A stretch of DNA of 64,000 nt, from the NCBI GenBank assembly GCA_030390025.1, contig CM059453.1:7130001-7194000 (forward strand), in the 5' to 3' direction. The notes beneath the pieces are model-generated. The model made no database searches, was not told the origin of the DNA, and saw nothing but the letters and a program-made list of their open reading frames with translations. This DNA comes from Squalus acanthias (Eukaryota). This document shows positions 35,446 through 45,981 of this stretch, piece after piece. The first letter of the stretch is position 1; the number at the start of each line of letters is the position of its first letter. Position numbers and translations under genes: made by a program.

Positions 35446-36604
35446 GTATGTGTGATTCATAATTACTTAAACTATTGTGTAAATCACAGATTTGATAGGG
35501 GCCATGACATCAGGATATCTGCCTGTGAGAAACTATTGTTTCAAATAATTAACCCATGAGAGCATTGACCCTGAACCTCAGCTAAGATTTGTATAGGGGA
35601 GTATTAAAGAGGTCAAGTGCTTCTGTGGTGCAAGTATGGAAGTGTTAAAGGCTCACTTGCCCCTGTTCGCTCTATGGCCAGTCTATCGCTGGTCTATCGC
35701 CGGCCTATCGCTTCTCCCAGCTCCAATAACACCAGAATAGTGGTTCTCTAGCCTTTGCTCCAATAGCTTTCGCTTCCATGTCCAAACCTTTTGGGTTCAA
35801 GCATTAAACCAAAACATGAGAACCACTTCTGGTCTGACATTGTGGTGGAGAGCGGCATTGTTGGAGATGCCGTCTTTCATACCAGACATTTAATCAGAAA
35901 CACCATTTGCCTGCTCAAGTGGATATTAAAGATCCCATGACAATATTAGTGGAAGAGCAGTGAAGTTCTCCCTGTGTCACGGCAAACATATATTCCCCAA
36001 TCACTCCAGGAAAGCAGATTAACTCTTCATTTGTCTTATTGTTGTTTGTGGGATATTGCTGTGCTCAAAATGGCTTCCATGTTTGTCTATAAAACTAGTT
36101 TCAAATCATAATTCATTGGCTGCGGAATGCCTTGTGAAGATCCTGAGGTAAAGGCACTATATAATTGCAAGTTTATTCTTCTGGATTTGGCCTTCCACAG
36201 CTAACCAACAACTTGCATTCCTATAGCATCTTGTAAGAACAGTTGCAAAGGCTTCACAAGGGAACATAACTCGGACACCAATTCAAAGAAGCTGATGTAA
36301 TGATCAGTGATTTAAATCTTGGTCAATGATGGGGTGTTTAAGTAGGGTCTGAATGGAGAAGAGGGAAGTGGAGCCGCGGTGGATTCCAAGGAGATAATTC
36401 CAGAGTGTGTGGGCTGAGTGATGGAAGGCACGGCCGCCAATGGAGGGTGATCGAAAGAGGGAACAAGAGGCTGGGATCAGAACATCGGAGATTTGGAACC
36501 GGTGCCGATTGTTGTAGGAACAGAGGCCGTTACAGAGGCATGTGTGGGGGCCACGGATGGTTTTATAGAAATATTAATCTCTCCAATATTAAGAAAGTAA
36601 AGAA

Positions 36605-37295
36605 AGAGTTGCATTTATACATCGCCTTTCACTGACTCAGGACGTCTGAAAGCGCTTTACAGCCAATTAAATCCTTTTGAAGTGTAGTCACTGATGTAAT
36701 GCAGGAAACGCAGCAGGCAAATTGCGCTCATAGAAACATAGAAGATAGGAGCAGGAGTAGGCCATTCGGCCCCTCAAGCCTGCTCCGCCATTCGATGAGA
36801 TCATGTCTGATCATCCAAACTCATTACCCTGTACCTGCCTTCTCCCCATATCCCTTGATACCTTTAGCTTTAAGAAATATATCTAACTCATTCTTGAATA
36901 TATTTAATGACTTGGCCTCAACTACCTTCTGTCTTAGAGAATTCAACAGGTCACCACAGCAAGCTCCCACAAACAGCAATCTGACAATGACCAGATAATC
37001 TGCTTTAGTGATGTTGATTGAGGGATAAATATTGGCCCAGGACACTGGGGATAACGCCCATGCTCTTCTTCGAAATGGTGCCATGGGATCTTTCACGTCC
37101 ACCTGAGAGAGCAGACGGGGCCTCGGTTTAACGTCTCTTCCGAAAGACGGCACTTCCGACAGTGCAGCGCTCCCTCAGTACTGCAGTGGAGTGTAGGCCA
37201 TGATTTTGGTGCTCCAGTCCCTGGAGTGAGACTTGAACAGACAACCTTCTGACTCAGTGGCGAGGGTGCTGTACACTGAGACACGGCTGACAAGC
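36605..37295 (-). mobile_element. Deu-domain SINE interrupted by a CR1 3' fragment (about 36730-36950)
   Basis: Deu core CGTCCACCTGAGAGAGCAGACGGGGCCTCGGTTTAACGTCTC, with a tRNA-like head at the right end. It carries a single copy of the unit expanded at 40674-41925. Confidence 0.75.
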
Positions 37296-38455
37296 TAACA
37301 GCCGAAAGCTGGTAGCAAGTTCTCAGAGTATATTTTTACATTAGTTATTAGGGTGTAATAGAAAAACAGCGGAATTTGTAGAAACGTGTTATTCTTATCT
37401 GTCACTCTTTCTTCTGAAGCTGTTTAGTTTCACTATGTATCTTCCAAGGGTATTGCCAGAATGTCTCAATTGAAAAAAGGTAGGTTGTGAAATGCCATCA
37501 TCAAAGAAACAGGAAGCAAGTGACTTTAAATAAATCGACAATTAAAAAGAAGCAGCTAATACAAAGATATTTTAAATTATCACAGAAGAAGTCTGTGTTT
37601 GAAAAGAAAGACTCGGCTCTTTCCTCAGGCCCATGCCTGACAACAACCATAGACTGTGCAGCAAGTGTATCTCCATGAGCTCCAATAATCCTGTTTGAGT
37701 GAAGCTGCTTGTTATCTACAATTTAACATGAGAGTATCAGAACAAAAACAATAACTAACTAAGTTTAAATACACAATCATTCGTTTTAGTCACAGAATCA
37801 AGAACACAGAATCCAAGCTTTCAAACTAAATCAAAAAGGAAATTCCTTTCTCCATCATTTCACAACACCAATGGACCAGAATTAAGCTGTGTAATATCAG
37901 GAATTAACGTGTTACCGCAACTACATGGCAGTCCCGTCTGCAATTATCAAATGTCGTTCTGATTTTGCATTAAACTCTTCCGTCTGTTCTTCAGATAGCG
38001 TGTTAAGCCAATGTGTGCACATCGTGTCTATTTAACAAGGTGTGAACACATTTTATGAAACACTTGTCTGCTTAATAGGGTGTTAAGACAATGTGTGAAA
38101 CTCATGCCTGCCGTTCAAACACAGTCTTAATAAACAGCAACATTCCCCTGTCAGATACTTACTCGGTGTGCACGCACTTTACAAAACTCCTCTATTTGCT
38201 GTTTAAATAGTGTTACCTTAGTGTGCGGAATTCCTGTGTCTTATTTGAATAGGTGCGAACAAACTCTCTACAATTGTGATGAACCATTGTACAGGCTGAA
38301 CATTCCTCTCAGTGCGGACTGCACCAAGTCATTAACCAATTCCTTGAGATAGTGACGGCTGGAAATATGCAATGACCTGAATTTCCGAACGGATTTATTA
38401 GAGATAATTTTAATCAATTATGTGATGTGACTTAATTGCATTTTTTTTGAATCAG

Positions 38456-38504
38456 GAAGAAGACAAGAGCTACCACTGGTGTCCCCCTTACCAACCACGA
38501 TTCG
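38456..38504 (+). CDS. Gene B exon 7: cytoplasmic
   Basis: atcag/GAAGAAG...TCG/gtgagt. RKKTRATTGVPLTNHDS, phase 2 to 0, compatible with both neighbours. Confidence 0.78.
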
Positions 38505-39144
38505 GTGAGTTAATTTGTGGCGTAGACCCCGTTTAACACCGAGATAAGTGAGGGCATGGCAACGGCCCAGCATCCGATGGAGTTACCCCTGCCTGATATT
38601 GGCACTGTTTGTAACCAGAGTGAGCCACATTAACCGTGCAGTTCAACGGGTCAACACGTGTTCTGGACACCTGTTTGACGGAGTTTATAATGGATACAAT
38701 GAGCCCCTCACACGACTAACAGAAAGTAATGCGCTGGTCATGTCCTGATAAATGCATCATGCATTTTCTCTGTAGTGGATTTCTATTGAATTCAAAGTGG
38801 GTCTGAGAAAACCGATTGACCGTGTCACTACATGTATTAAACAGAATAATGTTTACGCTCCCCTCTCACACCACATTACCTCCGCTGGTTTAAATAATCA
38901 ACAAGATCACGTAGTATGAGGGCTTTGAGAGGGTCAAATAGCATGGCATTTTTGCTGGGATTATTAACATTGTCCTCCCTGGATTTTATGGCTCTATTTT
39001 ACCGCGAGGCGGCAACATTCCGTGCGAGGGGCCTGGGTGAGCAATAGGCTGGCATGACCAAGACCGGACAAATTTTAAATCCGGGATCTTAATTCAATAT
39101 CCAGCCCCGACTCCCACCCGAACCAGACTGAAACCATTGGCTAT

Positions 39145-39655
39145 AATAAAAACTGAAAATGCTGGAAATAGTCAGCAGTTCAGGCAGCGTCTGTGGAGAG
39201 AGAAACAGAGTTAACGTTTCAGGTCGATGACTTTTCGTCAGAACTGGAAACGATTCGAGAAGTAACAGATTTTAAGCAAGTGCAGATGCAGGGAAAGGAG
39301 GATAGGAAAAAAGGGAAGTTCTGTGATAGGGTGGAAGGCAGGAGATATTAAATGACAAAAGAGATGCTGGTGCAAGGCAAAAGGAGATGGTATTGGGCAA
39401 GTAAAGCAACATAAATTGGGTCTAGAGGAGGTGTAAATGGCAACGGCAGAACCATTACCAACAACTACCGTCCGAAACAATGGGGCAGTGGTGACGATCG
39501 GAAATTGTTGAACTCAATGTCGAGCCTGCAAGGCGGATAAATGCCTCATCGGAAGAGGAGGTGCCGTTCCTCGAGTTTCCGTTGAGTTTCATTGGAACAG
39601 TGTAAGAGGCCGAGGTCAGAGAGGTCAGAGTGGGAGTGGAGCGGAGAACTAAAAT
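39145..39655 (-). mobile_element. Penelope-like retroelement 3' fragment
   Basis: LLHCSNETQRKLEERHLLFR (end of the GIY-YIG region) and the terminal motif AATGCTGGAAATA..CAGCA. Confidence 0.7.
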
Positions 39656-39908
39656 CAAGCTGGCCCAGGGGGACACAGCGGGAACTGCCCCCCAGCAGTC
39701 GGGTAAGTGTTGAGGAGGGGGGAATACTATCGGCGCGGCGGTTCTCGGGGCCAGGGGAAGCCCACGGTTTCCTTTTCGAGGCAGAACGAGTTGAATAGGA
39801 CAATTAGAATGGTGGCAGTGATGGAATAAAGCGGGTTATTCTGGTACAGTAAACACACTCTCACCCGGTTCAGTATCTCCACATCTAACGCACTGCTTTC
39901 TTTTACAG

Positions 39909-40076
39909 AGACAAGACAAGTATGGAAAAACTGGTGTGAGAGGGGCTCCATCAAACGAGTCAGCTCAAAGTGAAGAGCTCCTGTATGCAGCTGTCAGTGT
40001 TTCAAAGGTTCGAAAGCAGGAGAGATATCTCCAGAACGAGGAGTCCTGTGAATACGCCGCAATTAAATGCAATTGA
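39909..40076 (+). CDS. Gene B exon 8: inhibitory tail with ITIM and ITSM-like motif
   Basis: ttttacag/ RQDKYGKTGVRGAPSNESAQSEELLYAAVSVSKVRKQERYLQNEESCEYAAIKCN*. LLYAAV fits the ITIM consensus and CEYAAIK mirrors the distal TEYSEIK-type motif of CD33-related Siglecs. The exons sum to 1584 nt (527 aa plus stop). Confidence 0.9.
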   Translation, partial: RQDKYGKTGVRGAPSNESAQSEELLYAAVSVSKVRKQERYLQNEESCEYAAIKCN

Positions 40077-40354
40077 AAATCAGCGGCATTCACCCTATTC
40101 TGACAGATGGAACTGTTCCAGGAAGTGCTGTGATAATGGAGATCTCTCAGCGAGTGATAGCTAACATGTTAAAATCGCTTCCTGAGAGAGTTTGATTTAC
40201 AATCCCAAAGATTGTCCACTACAAGAATACTTCCGAAACGGTGCAGGAAGGGGACGTGAATGGTCAATGTAATTTTAAACTTTTTTATCTGCTTTAATAA
40301 TAAAATAACTATTTCCCTAATTCGAAATTTGCTTTTCTTTCCGAGCAAAAAGAA

Positions 40355-41960
40355 CAGAAAGGCTTGCATTTCTATAGCGCCTTTCAGGACATCCCAAAGT
40401 TCTTTACAGCCAATTAAGTACTTTTGAAGTGTGGTCACTGTTGTAATGTAGGAAATGTGGCAGCCAGTATGCGCACAGCAAGCTCCCAAAAACCCCAATG
40501 TGATAATGACCAGATCGTCTGTTTCTGTTATGTTGACAGAGGGATAAATATTGGGCCCAAGACACCGGGGAGAACTCCCCCTGCTCATCCTCGAAATAGT
40601 GGCCTTGGGATCGTTTACGTCCACCTGAGAGAGCAGACGGTTTAATGGCTCCTCTGAAACACGGTACCTCCAACAGTGCGGCGCTCCCTCAGCACTGCCC
40701 CTAAGACCGTGCAGCGCTCCCTCAGTACTGCCCCTCCGACAGTGCAGCACTCCCTCAGTACCGCTCCTCCGACAGTGCGGCGCTCCCTCAGTACTGCCCC
40801 TCCGACAGTGCAGCGCTCCCTCAGTACTGCCCCTCCGACAGTGCGGCGCTCCCTCAGTACAACCCCTCAGACATTGCAGCAGTCCCTCATTATTGCCCCT
40901 CCGACAGAGTAGTGCTTCCCCAGCACTGCCCCTCCGACAATGCAGCGCTTCCTCAGTACTGCCCCTCCGACAGTGCAGCAATCCCTCAGAACTGCCCCCC
41001 CGAAAGTGCAGCGCTCCCTCATTACTGCCCCTCCGACAGTGTGGCACCTACTCAGTACAACCCCTCCGACAGTGCAGCGCTCCCTGAGTACTGCCCCTCC
41101 GACGGTGCGGCGCTCCCTCAGGACTGTCCCTCCGACAGTGCGGCACTCTCTCAGTACTGCCCCTCCGACAGTGCAGCACTCCCTCAGAACTGCCCCTCCA
41201 ACAGTGCAGTGCTCCCTCAGTACTGCCATTCCGACAGTGCAGCGCTCCCTCAGTACTGCCCCTTCGACAGTGCAGCGCTTCCTCAGTACTGCCCCTCCGA
41301 CAGTGCGGCGCTCCCTCAGTACTGCGCCTCCGACAGTGCAGCGCTCCCTCAGTACTGCCCCTCCGACAGTGCGGCGCTCCCTCAGTACTGCCCCTCCGAC
41401 AGTGCAGCGCTCCCTCAGTACTGCCCCTCTGACAGTGCAGCGCTCCCTCAGTACTGCCCCTCCGACAGTGCAGCACTCCCTCAGAACTGCCCCTCCAACA
41501 GTGCAGTGCTCCCTCAGTACTGCCATTTCGGCATTGCAGCGCCCCCTCAGTACTGCCCCTCCGACAGTGCAGCGCTTCCTCAGTACTGCCCCTCCGACAG
41601 TGCGGCGCTCCCTCAGTACTGCCCCTCCGACAGTGCAGCGCTCCCTCAGTACTGCCCCTCCGACAGTACGGCGCTCCCTCAGTACTGCCCCTCCGACAGT
41701 GCAGCGCTCCCTCAGTACTGCCCGTCCGACAGTGCAGCGCTCCCTCAGTACTGCCCCTCCGACAGTGCAGCGCTCCCTCAGTACTGCCCCTCCGACAGTG
41801 CGGCGCTCCCTCAGTACTGCCCCTCCGACAGTGCGGCACTCCCTCAGTACTGCCCCTCTGACAGTGCAGCGCTCCCTCAGTACTGCCCCTCTGACAGTGC
41901 AGCGCTCCCTCAGTACTGCACTGGAGTGTCAGCCTAGATTTTTGTGCTCAAGTCTCTGGA
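40355..41960 (-). mobile_element. Deu-domain SINE with an internal minisatellite expansion
   Basis: Colinear with 36605-37295 on both sides of the array. Confidence 0.8.
40674..41925. repeat. 33-bp minisatellite, about 38 copies
   Basis: Unit CAGTGCAGCGCTCCCTCAGTACTGCCCCTCCGA. Confidence 0.97.
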
Positions 41961-42061
41961 GGGGACCCCACCCTATTATGTTGTTAAATAGCCCTGCCGG
42001 ATACCGTTGAGTCTCTCTGTCGGTTGTGGAGTTAGATGTGCAAACTATCGCAGGCCAGTGT

Positions 42062-42067
42062 AATAAA
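42062..42067 (+). terminator. Candidate polyadenylation signal of gene B
   Basis: AATAAA in the context CCAGTGTAATAAATCTTCAC, conserved with CCAGTATAATAAACCTTCAC downstream of gene A (15031-15036). A non-conserved AATAAA also lies at 40299. Confidence 0.5.
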
Positions 42068-42479
42068 TCTTCACCTTTCTGTCAACTTCCACCAGTTTCC
42101 TTCATTACAGCAGCTAAAATTTCAGAAATAGTTATTCTGATTCCATCGTTATCCTTCTGAAAGGATGGAATTATAAAGAGGCGGGTCTGCGATTAATTCA
42201 AATTGAGCTTCATGCTGAGAATATTTTTCGACACGCTACCTAGACATACCATGTCAAATAATGTATTTCATGCTGATTCGAAACTGCGCTGAGCTTGATT
42301 CGACTGAGTGGCATTCACCAGCTACAAGGTCACTCTCTGAGATTCCAGCTTATTTCCGTGCAGATTTGTAAAACCTGCATTCACATTCTCAAACTGTCAT
42401 GTTTGGATTTGAACTCTTGTTCTCTCGATTACTCTCACTGCATTCCCTACCGGTTTGTACAGTAAGAAGCAAACTTTAA

Positions 42480-43030
42480 TTCAGCTCCCCATTCCCACTC
42501 TGACCTCTCTTTCCTCCGCCTCCTACAATGTTCCAATGAAGCTCAATGGAAGCTCGAGGAACAGAACCTCTTCTTTCGATTTGGCACTTTACAGTCCTCC
42601 AGACTCAACATTGAGTTCCACTTTTCAATTCATTACTTCTGCCCGTATTTTTTCGTAAGGAAGCTATTGCTGGTGATTCTGCTATTCCCATTTACACCTC
42701 CTCTAAATCCATCTTCTGTTTATTTACTTGCTCCATTACCACCTCCTTTCGCCTCGCACCATCATGCTTTTTGTCATAAAATCTCGCCTGCCTTCCACCC
42801 TTTCACAGATCTTCCCTTTTGTTCTTTACTCCCCTCCCCCTTTCCCTGCATCTGCACTTGCTTATACCTGTTACATCTCAAAGGTTTTCCAGATCTGACG
42901 AAAGCTCATCGACCTGAAACGCTAACTCTGTTTCTCGCTCCACGGATGCTGCCTGAGCTGCTGAGTATTTCCAGCATTTTTTGTTTTAATTTCAGATTTC
43001 CAGCCTCCACAATAATTTGCTTTTGTATTT
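42480..43030 (+). mobile_element. Penelope-like retroelement 3' fragment
   Basis: Reverse-complement homolog of 39145-39655 (GAAGCTCAATGGAAGCTCGAGGAACAG...GCTGAGTATTTCCAGCATTT). Confidence 0.7.
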
Positions 43031-45427
43031 TTTTTACAATAATTTATTTGCCGTCACAGTGTAACAGATTCAAATGTCCCAGTGACATTTAAAAAGCAGG
43101 TTGATTGCCAGAAAATGACTCTGTGTTCAAACTGCAAACAGATAGTATGCATGAAGTGAAGCAAAGAGTCACCTTGGTAAATCGCCAAATTTAGCTTTCA
43201 TTCAACATAATACACCCAGGAGGTATTGCTGAACGGAACAGGCATTCCGACAGGACCTTTACAAGAATTAGTGCGTTTCCTGGTTAAGATTCCCTTCAGC
43301 TAACTGAAGCTTCCTGTGCTTGCTCTGCAAATTGGTTCAAATGGTCTTTTGCGCTTGGAGAGGTTGTGCACAAAGCGACCAGATCACAGCGCACGCCATC
43401 TAACGGACAAAGGAAGCAAGTGCATCGCATCAAGCAGAGCACATTCTCCAGCCGCATCTGCTTCGGTCAACGCACCTGTACATACTTAAACAGTCTATGT
43501 TGGGTTGGGTGAGGTAAACTAGCAGTTTGTCTGCGCAAGATGCGGGATTTCTGCCCCTGTTGGACTCAGATGTGTCTGATGATACAGTGACAGATCGCCT
43601 ATGTAATGCTGTCGGCCTGCCACTGTGTGGCGCTATTGGATTGCGAAGCCTTCATTCACACAGAACATGGAACAAGCAAAACCTCGGGCTGCAGGAGGAA
43701 CCAGAGAAATTATAATAAACTGCAATTTAAATTGCAATTGTAGATTGTCCAACATTCTGAAAAACCAAGAACCAATACAGCAATTAGCCTGTCCGCTGTC
43801 TCGCTCAACTGGGCTAGGCACTTAAAGGTCAGTCAGGGCTCCCGCTCCTGTTAAAAATCCCGCCGACACTCGCTTTGAGGCTTGCAAGCTAAGATCTGAT
43901 CATTTGAGAGCTGCCGGCGGGAATCACATTTCAACAAGAAACAAAATGTTCAGAAGGGGGGCATAATTGGAAAATTGGCCGTGGAAAAATGCAGGGACAT
44001 TTTTTAAATAGCTCTCGGCTGTGGGCGTCGTTGGCAAAGCCGGCATTTATTGCCCATCCCTAGTTTCCCTTGAGAAGGTGGTGTTTAGCCGCCTTCTTGA
44101 ACAGATGCAATATATTGTTTTTATTCATTCACGGGATGTGGGCGTCGCTGTCCAGGCCAGCATTTATTGCCTATCCCTAATTGCCCAATCACTGAGTGAC
44201 TTGCTCCGCCATTTCAGAGTGCAGTTAAGAGTTTAACACATTGCTGTGGTTCTGGTGTCACATGTCGGCCAGACCGGGTAAGGACGTCAGATTTCTTTCC
44301 CTAAAAAACATTAGTGAACCAGTTGGGTTTTTACGACAATCCTGTACTTTCCTGGTCAGCATTACTGATACTAACTTTTTATTCCAGGTTAATTTGTTTA
44401 ACTCAATTTAAATTCCCCCAGCATCCGTGGTGGGAGTTGAAAACATGTCTCTGGATCATTAATCCAGGCCTTTGGTTTACTACACCAGTAACATAACCAT
44501 AATATGGCCCTGAAAATTGCCAAACAAATATTTACTAACCAACCTTACAGTGAAAGCGCTTTAATAATCCGGTTGGCTCTCCTGTTTAATAGTCTATTAA
44601 TACATTGCATAATATGTTTGAAAGCAGCTGAGAGTGATTCAATAACAGGCAATAGTCAACACAAAGAAAGTAGCTTGAATTTTATTGTGTTCACAGGCCG
44701 CAACATGGGTCTGCACTGCACCGATTGGTCCAAGCCTTCAATCAGTGTACAGCTTGTTTAACATGTCTAATCAGATCAGAAGACTTTGAAGTGTCCGTCA
44801 GATTTCCTTTACACTCTATCTATCGGTGGGACAATCGGAAATGTAGCATTATGGAGATCAGAGTGCACGGTTTCCCGTTCCTCCCCATTCCTTCGTCCGC
44901 GGACGCTTCCTCCTTAGGTAATAAATCAGCATTAGGTTAACGGGGGGTTGGCAATGCGTTGCTTTTACCGATGCACTTGTGCAATGCAGCTCCGAAAGTA
45001 ATCAATTCGCCCATTGATCAATCTCGGCTGAGGGAATCCAAATGCACTCGGAGCCCCGGGTTGGAGAGGGGCAATTCATCCATAGTCTTTATCGCTGTTC
45101 GGTGAACCCTGATGCAAGTAGCCTTTTCGAAATCCAATGAGTACAGGAGCAGACACCGGGGTATTGGGCCTCGGGACAAACCTCATGGTGAAGGGAGGTA
45201 TCTGCAAAAATAGCAGCTTAAGCGAGAGATTGGAGAAATCGAACTCCAGCAAGCGTTCAATTTGGAAGTGGAGAATATTGGGGCAAATACTGCAAGCAAG
45301 AACAACGAGTGTTTCCAAAGTCTTGATTGTAAAAACGTGTCGTATCTCTTCGTTGTTATAATTGGTCCATTTGGAAAAAGAAACATTTGAGATTCAGAGA
45401 AGCGTCCTCTCCAAGTTCTGGTCCTTT

Positions 45428-45589
45428 TCAGGCAAATTTAATAGCTGCATATTCGCTCATCTCCATCCTCTGTACATATCCGTGCCCTTGAGGAATATTT
45501 GAAAAGATCACAGTGGTGTAAGTAATTTCTTCCTTCTGCTAAGTTGAGTTGGATATCACTTCCCTGCCGTCACTGTCTGGATGATCCCT
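45428..45589 (-). pseudogene. Gene C: terminal ITIM/ITSM exon of a third Siglec-like paralog with a premature stop
   Basis: ttctgttgcag/ RDHPDSDGREVISNST*QKEEITYTTVIFSNIPQGHGYVQRMEMSEYAAIKFA*. Same phase, similar length and motif spacing as gene B exon 8. TAG at 45539-45541. Confidence 0.82.
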
Positions 45590-45603
45590 CTGCAACAGAA
45601 ACA

Positions 45604-45858
45604 ACACGTGCAGCGTATAAAAGAGGACACGTGGTACAGATACAGAAATAAAACGGGGTACAGGTAGACAAAGAAAACTTGGTACAGATACACCAAGAAC
45701 ACGTGGTACCGATCCAATAAGAACACGTGGTACAGATACACAAAAGACACGGGATACAGGTACACCAAGGACACGTGTTACAGATCCAATAAGAACACGT
45801 TGTACAGATAGACAAAGAACACGTGGTACAGATACACAAAGAACACGTGGTACAGCGA
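45604..45858. repeat. 24-bp minisatellite, about 10 copies
   Basis: Unit GAACACGTGGTACAGATACACAAA. Confidence 0.9.
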
Positions 45859-45981
45859 TACCAAGAAGGTTTTCTGCTTCGATTTTAACAGAATCAATTT
45901 TGCAAACACAAAATAGGGGGATAGAGAGACTCACACTGGTCTCTCTTACCTTTACATTCTGTGTGTTAGCGACATGTAAAT

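Noticed and set aside
40674-41925. CRISPR-like array (also the arrays near 20826, 45604 and 48700)
   Set aside because: Head-to-tail units without unique spacers, no cas genes, and a vertebrate context.
40169-42010. Long repetitive ORFs (219-356 aa) on both strands
   Set aside because: By-product of a stop-free 33-bp minisatellite inside a SINE, with no gene structure.
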